A stretch of DNA of 63,994 nt, the filler included, from Piptocephalis cylindrospora (Eukaryota): the NCBI GenBank assembly GCA_003614145.1. It is 16 parts of 16 records of this genome, joined end to end, with 100 filler letters (N's around TTAATTAATTAA, not from the genome) between each part and the next. Parts side by side here need not be neighbours in the genome. Positions count along the whole stretch, not along the records: positions 48,904 to 52,851 come from KZ988595.1; positions 52,952 to 56,898 come from KZ988596.1; positions 56,999 to 60,942 come from KZ988597.1; 13 more parts are not named here. One strand, 5' to 3'. The translations under genes were made by a program, and so were the position numbers. The stretch's first letter is position 1. Each line of letters opens with the position of its first letter. Below are positions 48,904-60,366 of this stretch, piece by piece. Below the pieces are notes generated by a model, which saw only the letters and a program-made list of their open reading frames with translations, searched no databases and was not told where the DNA came from.

Positions 48904-51224
48904 GGACTGGAGGAGATGGATGGTGTGGATTGTGTATGGACGGGGGATGAAAGAAGCGGCCGTATGTGCGAATTCAAGGTAGGGCCTCTCTATAGGATCC
49001 AGGAAGAGAAATACCGTAATTCCCTCACTCACCCACCCCACCCCATCCCATCCCCATTCAGGTCAAGCCGAACGAGGTGAAGAGCAAAAAGAGACAGCGA
49101 AAGGATAGTAAGCAAAAGAAAAAGCAGGATCTGACCAAGCCCACCTCGGACATGTACGATGATCAGCCCCTGACTGAGGAGGAAATGCGCGGATTCATTC
49201 ATCTTGATGACTTTAACGAAGCCAAGGCCGGCCATGCTCCAACCTTCCAACTTTCCTCTAAAAGCTCCCCAGAGACCCCTGCCACGGAGGAAGAAAAGAA
49301 GGATGCCCCGGTCCAACAGACCCGTACCCTCCCCACAGTTCCTGACGTCGATATTGGGGCATGGCTGGATTTTGACTTGAAAGCCCCCATCTTGGATGCC
49401 CTAAGGATCCTTGGTTTCACCAAGCCTACCCCTATCCAAGCCAAGGCTCTTCCCCTTGGGTTGGCTCGACGGGATATCATTGGTGCTGCTGCTACGGTAA
49501 GTAGTGCCTCGAAGGGAGGTATGTGGGACGTTATTCACGTTTTGCCTAACCTTTCCTCTCATCCCCTCAAACAATAGGGATCCGGAAAAACCTTGGCTTA
49601 TGGTATCCCCATCCTACAGCACTTAATCAGGACGTGGAAAAACACCCCAAAGACCACCGCAGGCTCTGGCCCTTCGGGTAGCCCTGCGCTGGCCGGGCTT
49701 ATCCTCACCCCGACGCGTGAATTAGCCACCCAGGTCAAGGATCACATGGTTGCCCTGGCCCAATGCACCCCTCAACCCACTCATATTCTTCCCATTGTCG
49801 GGGGTATGTCCATTCAGAAGCAGGAGCGCGTCCTGTCCCGTCATCCTCACATTATTGTTGCCACTCCCGGCCGTCTTTGGGAACTCATGGAGGGAAATGA
49901 CTCCTTTCTCCTCTATCTACGTACCTTGTCCTTCCTCGTCATCGATGAGGCGGATCGTATGTTTGAGACTGGACATTTTCGCGAACTTACCTCCATCCTC
50001 AAGGCCATCTCTCGAAGATCCGTATCTGACGGTGGGGATTTCCCCAAGGCCAAGGGCGCCAAGGATGGAGAAGCGAATTTGGAGGTTACACCACCCAGTA
50101 CCCAGGGTGCTCCCAAACCCCCACGTCGTCAAACCTTTGTCTTTTCCGCCACTCTTGGCAAGGACTTTCTCTCCTCTGCCAAGGAGAAGAAGGGTAAGGG
50201 CTCGGGGTCCAAGGTCTCGGATGACCCCATGAAACAACTGCTCCGTAAGGTCGAATTTGACGATTCCAATCGACAGATCGTCGATGTCACTGTCCAGGGT
50301 GCCGGAGGAGCCAAGGCCTCCACCCTGATTGAACGTCGGGTCGATTGTATCCAGACAGACAAGGAGATTCTTCTCTATTACTTCCTCCTTCGCTTCCCCT
50401 GCCGCACTCTTGTATTTGTCAATAGCATCGACGCGGCCCGCCGTATCCTTCCTTCCCTCCAGCTCCTCCAGCTCCCCGTCTTTGGTCTGCACGGCCAGAT
50501 GCAGCAGCGTGCCCGTCTTCGATCCCTGGAACGTTTCCGTGATCATGATAACGCCATCCTCATTGCCACGGATGTGGCCGCCCGCGGTTTGGACATCCCC
50601 GAGGTGGAGCATGTCATCCACTACCAGGTCCCTCGGTCCAAGGGTACTTATGTCCACCGGAGTGGTCGTACTGCCCGTGCTGGACACGAGGGTCTTTCCA
50701 CTATCTTTTGCGGGGCTGAAGAAGTCAAGGCATACAAGGCCCTCATGGGCGTTCTTGGAAAAGGCGGAAATATCCCCGAATTCCCCGTTGACCGTGGCCT
50801 CGTCACCAGTCTCCGAGAGCGTGTGGTCCTGGCTAGGAAAATCAACGCGGCAGAGCACAAGGAATCCAAAGCCAAGCACGAGGAGGATTGGATGCGGAAG
50901 CAGGCTGAGGCCATGGACATTATCCTGGATGAGTCTATGATCGGTGGAGGATCCAAGGGTAAGGGGAAAAAGGGCTGGGTAGAAGAGGAGGAGGGGGACG
51001 AGGCCAATGCTGGTAAACAGCTCCGAAAAGTAGCTCAGTGGAAGTCTCAACTTCAGGCTCTCATGGGCTCCTCGGTCATCCCTCGAGGTGCCTCGGCCAA
51101 GTATCCCACCAGTGGACACGTCCGTGATCTTCCTGCTCGTCTAATGCTCGAGGGAAACAAGAGCGGCCTTCGTGGCCATAAGCAAGTCAGTATCATGGAG
51201 GCTGTGCGTCAGGCTGAGCGGTAG
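48904..51224 (+). CDS. MAK5: DEAD-box RNA helicase Mak5/DDX24, 5'-truncated, 3 exons visible
   Basis: GLEEMDGVD, TPIQ, AAT|GSGKT, PTRELA, GGMSIQKQ, TPGRLW, DEAD, SAT, ARGLDIP and HRSGRTAR. Confidence 0.93.
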
Positions 51225-52951
51225 ATGTGACACGATGGGATGATCAAGAATAGATGAATGTTGTGAAATTCGGTCGTACTCGGCATTAAACGTGAGTGTG
51301 AACTAAGGTCACTCCCTTCAAGTGCTTGTACGATGCGCTTTTGATGATGTTTAGCCAGAAGAATCAAGGAATAGGAGGTGATGGGATGGTCTGTGAGCTG
51401 CACTTGATGTGCTTTTCCCCGAGGAAAATGTCGTGGCGCTACTATCAATATTATCGGGACTCGCACGGGCTGATCATTCGATGCAATCTGAATGTGTGAA
51501 TGATATAGAGAATGCATCCTACCATCCAAACCCTCCTCCCCCTCCCTAAAGAGCCATGGCAATGTGGGCTCTTTTGCTTAGTAGATTGGCCTTGGGCCAG
51601 AGTTACATGGATGAGGCCGGTAGAGTAGCGCTACTTGCTTACACCCAGGCGCTTTCCCCTCACTCCCACCCATGCGGACCCAGGAAGGCGGGGGGCCAAC
51701 GGAAAGAGCGGGGAGGGAACGGGCCCCTTTCGTTGCACACTCTCAGTCAGCATTGATCGGCAATCCCAGGGCGATCCTTGTTCACAGATAATAATGGTAT
51801 GACTATGACTAGTATGGCGTTGTGAAATATTCACTCATCAACAAAACGGCAAATTTCTTCTTTGCCATCATCCTCAACTATCTGGGCGTATTTCTACTAG
51901 CGCTGAACAGATGGAAATGGGGGCTGCTATAGTAGAGGATGTGGAGAGGAAGGCAAAGCCGGCTTTCGTTGACGAATCAGCTTAAAAAAGCCCTGCCTCT
52001 CCTTCAAGCAGGTTCGTCTATGGCTGCAGGCAGATGTAGTGGACCAAGTCAAATTTCATTTATTTTCTAGGACAAACCATTGATCCTCTCCACTAGGAGG
52101 CTACACACCATGCTTCTCCAGCCCCCTCTCAGGCTCAGGCTGCCATCGCAGTGTCGGAGTGGCCACGGTCAACTGAACCTGCCTGTACGACAGGCTAGAA
52201 TACCTACCCATCGGTGTCAACTCCGACACTGACACAGGTCAAATCAGAATCCTGATTGTGTAATGATGGAAAAAGTCGGGTCATTGGGCATGCAAAATCA
52301 TAGGTAGGGCGATATGCCAAGCCGTGGCCACTTCCCGCCCCCATCCGTTTTACTGTATCAAGTCTCTTCATTGGTCTGGCTTCAGTCTTTGGATCAACCG
52401 ACCAGATCTAGGTGGGCCCCCTTCCCCTCCTCTTTTTTGCTATCCCTTGGGTGAATGCGCATTCAGTGGGACAGGTAGAGGAAAGCATATCGTTCCCACC
52501 GAGGTCGGAGATGCAACGTGCCCCTCTTGCTATGTTTCACTCCTAATGGTTCTAGGGCTACTTTTTCCCCCACTTCCACGGTGGCTGGGCCTGAGAGGCT
52601 ACTCCCCCCCCCCCACTGCCTAAGTATTTAGATGTTCTGGGTCAACCGTGTACGCGGCCACGATTACGTTAAAATGATCGTATCCCCCACCCCCTCCTTT
52701 TCCTTACCCTGTTGCTCCCGTTCTTCTCTCCTTCCCCCTTTTTCTCATTTCTTTTCTCCCTTGCCATACTTGTCCTCCACCATCTGCTAAATTGGTCCAT
52801 TGCTGGAAGGTAATACTACCGGTATCAACTGAGCCGAGGCAAACTCTGACTNNNNNNNNNNNNNNNNNNNNNNNNNNNNNNNNNNNNNNNNNNNNTTAAT
52901 TAATTAANNNNNNNNNNNNNNNNNNNNNNNNNNNNNNNNNNNNNNNNNNNN

Positions 52952-54280
52952 GGGGGATGGTCCTCATCAGGCTTGCTGAGTGGGGGAGGGGCATGCTCGA
53001 CGTGTTCCCGGGGTCCGGAAGAGATTGGGGGGGGATGGAAGGGTGGCTGTTGCTCAAGCTCCGGAGTGGCTGGAGGAGAGGGGGCAGAGGGAAGGATAAT
53101 AGGGCTCTCCCTCTGGGTTCCCATGACCTCGGGATTCTTAGCCAGAAGATGAGATGTATCTCCAGTCTTTCTTCCCTCTTCCTGATGGCCTAAAGTGGAA
53201 GGATGAGGGGGATGGGGAGGGGCGGGGATAAAGGTGTGGGTGGGAAAGTCCATGGGATGGTAATCGTACATGTGGCGGGCAATGTCCGAGTCAGAGGCGA
53301 CCGAGGAGGAACGATGTACCGCCTGAGGCACTGGAGCCAGTAGTGGGGTGGGCGGGGAGGTGGGGCTGGGAAGATCCTTGGCCTTCGGAAAAAGAGTCCT
53401 TCGAACACCTCTGGGACTGGGGGTATCATGGGCATGGGTCGTGGGAAGGATCCTCGATGGTCCCTAGTTACACCCTTTTACCCCCGTGATCTGTTCTCGG
53501 CCGTCGTTGGTCGCTCCGTCGGCTCCCGACTCCGCGAACGTATCTTTGCTGAACTTGCCTCTGCCATTGCCTCCCTTCACTCTCTTGGCATTGCCCATCG
53601 GGACATCAAGCTAGAAAATGTATGCCTGGATGGGGAGGATCATGTCAAGCTACTCGACTTTGGCTCTGCTACCCGCTTCACCATTCTCGATAAAAACACA
53701 ACCGAGGAGGGAAAGAGGCGAGGAGAGACCAGTGGTGGTGACGGAGTTGTAGCCTCCCTTTCCACCTTGAACTCCACCTCCTCCCTAGATACTGCTGTCC
53801 CTTCCGATCATGAACCCACCATCTTCTCCTCCTCCTCCTCCTCCCATACTGACACCACCAAGCCCTCTTCCTCTACTCTTCCCCACCTCGTCTTCCCACG
53901 GCCTCAGGGAAGGGTCATCCAAAGCTACGGGCTTTACGGCAGTGATCCGTACATTGCCCCCCGAGGTCATCCGTCTGGATGATTCCCAGTACGAGGGTCG
54001 GCCCTACGCTGCCGATGTTGCCGACGCCTGGTCCCTAGGTGTCATGTGGATCTGTCTATGGAGGAGATCCTTCGCCTGGGATCGTGCCACCTGCAAGGAC
54101 TCGGGCTTCCAGGCCTTCCTTCACCATCCCGACCGGGTCATTGGAGGCTTTGGCCAAGCCACTGAACTGATCCGTCCCCTCTTGTGGGTCGATGTCAAGG
54201 AGAGGCGCAAGGTCCTGGATCTTGCCGAATCTCCTCTCATTGCCAAGTGGCTGACCAACAAGGCCGCTGCCCGTTCCTCC
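52952..54280. repeat. Left arm of 1329-bp inverted repeat at the ends of contig 14
   Basis: Reverse complement of 55570..56898; the ORF track is mirror-identical across the two arms. Confidence 0.96.
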
Positions 54281-54940
54281 CCCACCCTCCTCATGTCCAT
54301 CCCCTCCACAGCCATCTACTTTGTAGGGTATGAGCATCTTCGTTCCTCCCTGTCCTCCCTCATCCCTGAAATTCCCTCCTCAGCATCAGCCCTTCTTGCC
54401 GGGGGCATGGCTAGGGCCGCCTCTTCCACCTGCATTGCCCCTCTTGAACTGGTCCGCACCAGGATGCAGGCCGTCACTGCCTCCTCCTCCAAGGCCCATC
54501 CCAATCCCCTTGCCGTCCTCCGTAACGAAATCCTCCGCGATGGTCTTCGTGTCTGCTGGAGAGGCCTGGGCCCCACCCTCTGGAGGGATGTACCCTTTTC
54601 CGCCATCTACTGGGTAGGTGTCGAGGAAACTCGTTCTCTTCTCCTGTCCTCCTCTTCCCATGATCCCGCCTCCCCACCCCCGCTCTCCGTCTCCTTCATT
54701 GCCGGCGCCCTGTCCGGCATGGTCGCTGCTACCCTCACTACCCCATTTGATGTGGCCAAGACCCGACTTCAAGTCTCCACCTCCCGTCCCACTATGGTCC
54801 AGGTCCTTCGCACTATCTGGCATGAGGAGGGTCTTCGGGGCTGGATGCGTGGTCTGGGTCCCAGAGTTGTCAAGGTGGCCCCGGCATGTGCCATCATGAT
54901 TGGGTCCTACGAGACTGGCAAGAACCTCTTTGCCTCGTGA
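54278..54940 (+). CDS. Mitochondrial carrier, SLC25A39/40 (Mtm1)-like, N-terminus missing
   Basis: SPTLLMSIPSTAIYFVGYEHLR, PLELVRTRMQA, WRDVPFSAIYW, PFDVAKTR and KVAPACAIMIGSYE. Confidence 0.88.
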   Translation, partial: SPTLLMSIPSTAIYFVGYEHLRSSLSSLIPEIPSSASALLAGGMARAASSTCIAPLELVRTRMQAVTASSSKAHPNPLAVLRNEILRDGLRVCWRGLGPTLWRDVPFSAIYWVGVEETRSLLLSSSSHDPASPPPLSVSFIAGALSGMVAATLTTPFDVAKTRLQVSTSRPTMVQVLRTIWHEEGLRGWMRGLGPRVVKVAPACAIMIGSYETGKNLFAS

Positions 54941-55515
54941 AAGAGATCCTTTCTCTTCTCTGGGAGTGATGAGGACTTTGCTGATTCATGCTTGATGATT
55001 AAAATACCTTGTAATTATTGAATGACTTTTACATCTTTGTTGTGTAGAGCAGGCTGGTAGATAAAAAGGATCCCCCTACATTGAGTCTCTGTTTGGATGG
55101 TGTGTCCCCCAGAAGCAGCAGTATATATCGAATTCCCATCGCCTGGGGTGAAGGGACAGAGAGGGGCCGATGGTCGGCTATCACCGCCTGACGGGAAGCA
55201 GTATAATATTCTTATAATGGTGATCAAAGGAAGCGTGAATGATGTGGTGTCTCATTGCAGTGACTACACCACTACCCTTTATTATCACTACCAATTATAA
55301 CACGAATAATACAAAAGATTAAGGGAAAAGCCGCAGGATACATGGTGTTCTTTTTTTCTTCACTTCAACCACAACAAAATGAATACACAAACACACACAC
55401 ACACGCACGTATACTGAGTGTGTTAGAGATCATCCTCTCTAACGGATATGGGGAGAGGGGGGATGATGATACATACGCCTACTAGAAAGACCACCACCAT
55501 CATCATTGTCGTCAT

Positions 55516-56422
55516 CTACTTTCCAACAGCAATGGCAGATGGGGTTGACACCTTGGAAGAGGAGGTGGAGGAGGAACGGGCAGCGGCCTTGTTGGTCAGC
55601 CACTTGGCAATGAGAGGAGATTCGGCAAGATCCAGGACCTTGCGCCTCTCCTTGACATCGACCCACAAGAGGGGACGGATCAGTTCAGTGGCTTGGCCAA
55701 AGCCTCCAATGACCCGGTCGGGATGGTGAAGGAAGGCCTGGAAGCCCGAGTCCTTGCAGGTGGCACGATCCCAGGCGAAGGATCTCCTCCATAGACAGAT
55801 CCACATGACACCTAGGGACCAGGCGTCGGCAACATCGGCAGCGTAGGGCCGACCCTCGTACTGGGAATCATCCAGACGGATGACCTCGGGGGGCAATGTA
55901 CGGATCACTGCCGTAAAGCCCGTAGCTTTGGATGACCCTTCCCTGAGGCCGTGGGAAGACGAGGTGGGGAAGAGTAGAGGAAGAGGGCTTGGTGGTGTCA
56001 GTATGGGAGGAGGAGGAGGAGGAGAAGATGGTGGGTTCATGATCGGAAGGGACAGCAGTATCTAGGGAGGAGGTGGAGTTCAAGGTGGAAAGGGAGGCTA
56101 CAACTCCGTCACCACCACTGGTCTCTCCTCGCCTCTTTCCCTCCTCGGTTGTGTTTTTATCGAGAATGGTGAAGCGGGTAGCAGAGCCAAAGTCGAGTAG
56201 CTTGACATGATCCTCCCCATCCAGGCATACATTTTCTAGCTTGATGTCCCGATGGGCAATGCCAAGAGAGTGAAGGGAGGCAATGGCAGAGGCAAGTTCA
56301 GCAAAGATACGTTCGCGGAGTCGGGAGCCGACGGAGCGACCAACGACGGCCGAGAACAGATCACGGGGGTAAAAGGGTGTAACTAGGGACCATCGAGGAT
56401 CCTTCCCACGACCCATGCCCAT
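55516..56422 (-). CDS. HAL/NPR-family-like Ser/Thr kinase C-lobe, with a 1-nt frameshift at APE (mirror copy at 53428..54280, + strand)
   Basis: [22 protein letters not shown] and DAWSLG. The frame changes in the C6 run; no N-lobe is visible. Confidence 0.8.
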
Positions 56423-56898
56423 GATACCCCCAGTCCCAGAGGTGTTCGAAGGACTCTTTTTCCGAAGGCCAAGGATCTTCCCAGCCCCACCTCCCCGCCC
56501 ACCCCACTACTGGCTCCAGTGCCTCAGGCGGTACATCGTTCCTCCTCGGTCGCCTCTGACTCGGACATTGCCCGCCACATGTACGATTACCATCCCATGG
56601 ACTTTCCCACCCACACCTTTATCCCCGCCCCTCCCCATCCCCCTCATCCTTCCACTTTAGGCCATCAGGAAGAGGGAAGAAAGACTGGAGATACATCTCA
56701 TCTTCTGGCTAAGAATCCCGAGGTCATGGGAACCCAGAGGGAGAGCCCTATTATCCTTCCCTCTGCCCCCTCTCCTCCAGCCACTCCGGAGCTTGAGCAA
56801 CAGCCACCCTTCCATCCCCCCCCAATCTCTTCCGGACCCCGGGAACACGTCGAGCATGCCCCTCCCCCACTCAGCAAGCCTGATGAGGACCATCCCCC
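55570..56898. repeat. Right arm of 1329-bp inverted repeat
   Basis: Reverse complement of 52952..54280. Confidence 0.96.
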
Positions 56899-56998
56899 NN
56901 NNNNNNNNNNNNNNNNNNNNNNNNNNNNNNNNNNNNNNNNNNTTAATTAATTAANNNNNNNNNNNNNNNNNNNNNNNNNNNNNNNNNNNNNNNNNNNN

Positions 56999-58126
56999 GC
57001 CGAACCCTCTGACTCACCTGGAAATGGGACTCATGCAGATCATCCCGATGGAAGAAGAGAACCTGAGGAAGGGGAAGAGGATGAGTCGGACGAGAATGAC
57101 CCTTTAGTCCAACCCACAAATGCCCTCCGTGAGCAAGAGGATGAGGAAGCCCTCCTCCTTCAAAGCCTGGTAAATGCCTATCAGGAAAGCCCGATTGCCC
57201 AGGCCTTACAGAATGAGATCACCCGACAAATCCAGGAAGGCGATGCTGCCGGCCTTACCCAGGCTTTTGGGGTCCGAGTGGGGAAAAAGGCATCATGGTG
57301 GAAGCAATTTCGTATTCTCAGTGAAAGGTCACTCCGGAATCTGCAGAGAAACCCATTCCTTCTACTTTCTCACTATGCCATGTCCGTCCTCCTCGCCCTC
57401 CTGTGTGGGATGCTCTTCTACAATGTGAGTAACGATATTGCCGGCTTCCAGAATCGGATGGGCGTCTTCTTTTTCGTCTGCGCCCTTTTTGCTTTCTCCT
57501 GCCTCTCCTCCCTACCTCTATTTGCCTCGGAACGCGTCATCTTTGTCCGGGAACGCGCCAATGGATACTACTCCCCCATTCCCTATTACCTGGCCAAGGT
57601 CCTCTTTGACATCCTACCTCTTCGAGTTGTGCCCCCCCTCCTGCTCGGGGCCATCATTTATCCCATGGTCGGCCTTGTGCCGGATCTCCCGCACTTTGCT
57701 CGGTTCCTTTCCGTTCTCGTGGCTTTTAACCTTACCGCTGCTAGTATCTGCTTGGTCCTGGGTATCATGATCCGAGAAGTTTCCGTAGCCAACTTGACTT
57801 CCAGCCTAGTCATGCTCTTTAGTATGCTCTTTGGTGGACTTCTCCTCAACAAAGACTCCATGCCCGGGTACCTCCAATGGCTTAAGAATCTCTCCTTCTT
57901 CCACTACGCCTTTGAGGCCCTTATCGTGAATGAGATGGTGTACCTTCAGCTGATCGAGAAGAAGTATGGCCTGGAAATTGATGTGCCAGGGGCCACCATC
58001 CTGTCCACCTTTGGCTTTGACGCTACTGCCTACCTCTCCGACCTCCTCTCCCTTCTTGGTATGTGGCTTGTGCTGACCCTCTTTGCCGGTCTCTTTCTTG
58101 CTCTCTTTGTCCGGGAAAGGCGATGA
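56999..58126 (+). CDS. ABCG half-transporter (Adp1-like), C-terminal ABC2 membrane domain
   Basis: QFRILSERSLRNLQRNP, GFQNRMG, ERVIFVRERANGYY, SFFHYAFEALIVNE and PGATILSTFGF. Confidence 0.9.
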   Translation, partial: AEPSDSPGNGTHADHPDGRREPEEGEEDESDENDPLVQPTNALREQEDEEALLLQSLVNAYQESPIAQALQNEITRQIQEGDAAGLTQAFGVRVGKKASWWKQFRILSERSLRNLQRNPFLLLSHYAMSVLLALLCGMLFYNVSNDIAGFQNRMGVFFFVCALFAFSCLSSLPLFASERVIFVRERANGYYSPIPYYLAKVLFDILPLRVVPPLLLGAIIYPMVGLVPDLPHFARFLSVLVAFNLTAASICLVLGIMIREVSVANLTSSLVMLFSMLFGGLLLNKDSMPGYLQWLKNLSFFHYAFEALIVNEMVYLQLIEKKYGLEIDVPGATILSTFGFDATAYLSDLLSLLGMWLVLTLFAGLFLALFVRERR

Positions 58127-58730
58127 AATGGGACGACTCCCTGTTAGCGTATATGGATGTCTGGGTTTGTGCCACTGTGCCGTATCGTGGTCCATCATGA
58201 TGAATGAATGATACGGATTTATACTAGTCGTCATCCTCGCCCTCGTACAACAAAGAAATGGGTGTGTCTTATGCGTTGTGTGGTGGTGGAGAGTAGAAGC
58301 GACCCACAAGCTAACCTTGTTATTATCAGTATGTGTATTTCCGAGTTTAAGGAATCGCTGTACCTATGTTCTCGTGGCGCCCATCCTTATTCCGTGGGTC
58401 CAACCTTGATTCGATACACCCTGAGCTACACATGTACACCAAACATCTGGATGAGAGGGAGGCTTTTGTGAGGGACTCACAACGCATGCCGAATCGTTTT
58501 GGCCTACTCCCTCCTCCCGATGCATCCCGAAGATCATCAATTTCACTTTCCCCTCTTACTTCCCACACCATCTGCTTAATGATGGGCTGTACGGTTGCGT
58601 TGAGCGACCCCGAGACTTTCCAATTCCCATCTTTTCTTTACCCATATCACTCTATACCCTTCCACCTCACCCTATATCACTCCGTCTTATCCCTATTTAA
58701 CCCTTACCATTACTCTATCATCAATTCATC

Positions 58731-59057
58731 ATGCTCCCTTCTCGCCTACTACTCCTTCCTCTTATGTATCTAATGGGCAGTTGCCAAAGCCAGGACAACG
58801 GGGTCAAACCATTGCCTGCGGACCTCCTCAGTGTTCTTCCCACCCCAGTACCCGCTCATGCCCAAAGCCGACAGGTGGATGGAGGGGTGGTTGAAGAGTG
58901 CATTTATTTTATGGATGAGGAGTACAAGATATACGATCGATGTGAACATCCCAGCGGCGCTGAGGAGGAGGAGGGTGGGGAATTAGATGCTTTGGATGAG
59001 GAGGATATGGAAGGAGAAGGGGATGGGGGTGAGGGTGGGAGCGAGTGGGTGGAATAG
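58731..59057 (+). CDS. Small acidic, putatively secreted orphan protein
   Basis: Signal-like MLPSRLLLLPLMYLMGSCQS, a Cys pair and an E/D/G-rich tail; TATTTAA lies ~35 nt upstream. Confidence 0.55.
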   Translation: MLPSRLLLLPLMYLMGSCQSQDNGVKPLPADLLSVLPTPVPAHAQSRQVDGGVVEECIYFMDEEYKIYDRCEHPSGAEEEEGGELDALDEEDMEGEGDGGEGGSEWVE

Positions 59058-59447
59058 TGACGGACGGTGCAACTCAACGCAGTATTCTCCTACGGCAGCC
59101 GATAACGGGATGCTGAAGGATGGCACTGAAATAGAATAGTGTTCCAGGCAGAATGATTGTCTTCTACAGCCTCTCAATGGGCTGTCATGAAACATTCAGC
59201 TTCCTAACTGAAAACCTTTTGTATTTTTTTCTTAGAATGAAGATTAGGGCAACAGGGCTTTGTCAAGTGGAAAAGGGGAGCCGTGGGACTATCGTCTAGC
59301 CGAAAACACGTATTCCTTATCTCTAAATACCGTATTTGACTTGCTGCTGTGGGAACACATCGACTTCTTTCTCTTCTCCCTTTCCGAGTCTTCTCTCCTC
59401 CCTTTCCGAGTCTTTTCTCCTCCCTTCTCTTTCTTCCCCTGACCAGC

Positions 59448-60175
59448 ATGCTCACAATCAACCCAGATTCCAAGTTTACTTTTGTTGAAATACCTCGTCC
59501 CGAGGACCTGGATGAGACCTTGGTCTCCCTACAGCCTGGAAAGTGGCATCCTATCCTCTTTTACGGTAGGTGCCTCGTCCTTATCAGTAAATGGCGCCGT
59601 CTTACTCACCTTTGTACTCTTTAGCTGATATTGAGCCAAGCACAGGTCAATCCTGGTGTTCAGATTGCGTAAAAGGTAATTCCCGACAGAGTAATGAATT
59701 GCCGTCTCCTACGATCCCCCGAATCTCATACTTCAATTGTACACCTGCACAGCTGTTGAACCCATCCAATCTTCCTTGGAAAAGGCAACCAATATTTCTC
59801 AGGTCATCCTTTGCCCCGTAGGACCCAAATCCACGTACGTTCTTCTTCTGGCGTCCCTTCGACCGCCCCACTACCCTCCCTGACTAGCCCGACCAACCTG
59901 ACTAAACTGACTAACCTTTAATAATACTCAATATAGCTGGAAGGACCCTCAGCACCGTTATCGAAATCTACCGGGGCTTCAGCTCACCGGTGTCCCTACA
60001 CTGGCCCTTTGGAAAAAGGTATGTGATGGGTTTGTCATCACGTGTATTGAGTCGTCTCTGACCATTTTTCTGGAACTCTGTGATGTAGGAAGAGAATTTT
60101 GGACCGATGCTTGTAGAGTCCGAGTGTCATCTACACCACCGGGTAGAGGAGCTTTTATCTTTGTGCACCTCTTAG
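59448..60175 (+). CDS. Thioredoxin-related protein TXNDC17/TRP14 (DUF953)-like, 5 exons
   Basis: Spliced product: ILFY|ADIEPSTGQSWCSDCVK|AVEP...VGPKS..WKDPQHRYR...LTGVPTL; stop at 60173..60175. Confidence 0.85.
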
Positions 60176-60366
60176 GTCGTGAATTAGACATACTTTCATT
60201 GCTAGCAATAATGCCTTAACCCATCCCGTACCCTAGCCTTCAATACCATCGAACGTCCCCAATCAGAATGAACACTCTTTCATACTCGATCATGAACCAG
60301 CAAAATTACACTCTCGTGGCAATGGAAAGAGGGCAGAGGAATGCAGATAGTACATCCGAAGGACCA

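Noticed and set aside
49917..51119. 400-aa minus-strand ORF
   Set aside because: Antisense shadow of MAK5 with no motifs of its own.
53810..54940. Novel 376-aa kinase-carrier fusion protein
   Set aside because: Both parts are truncated, the junction is the edge of an inverted duplication with microhomology, and the first ~50 aa are an off-frame translation.
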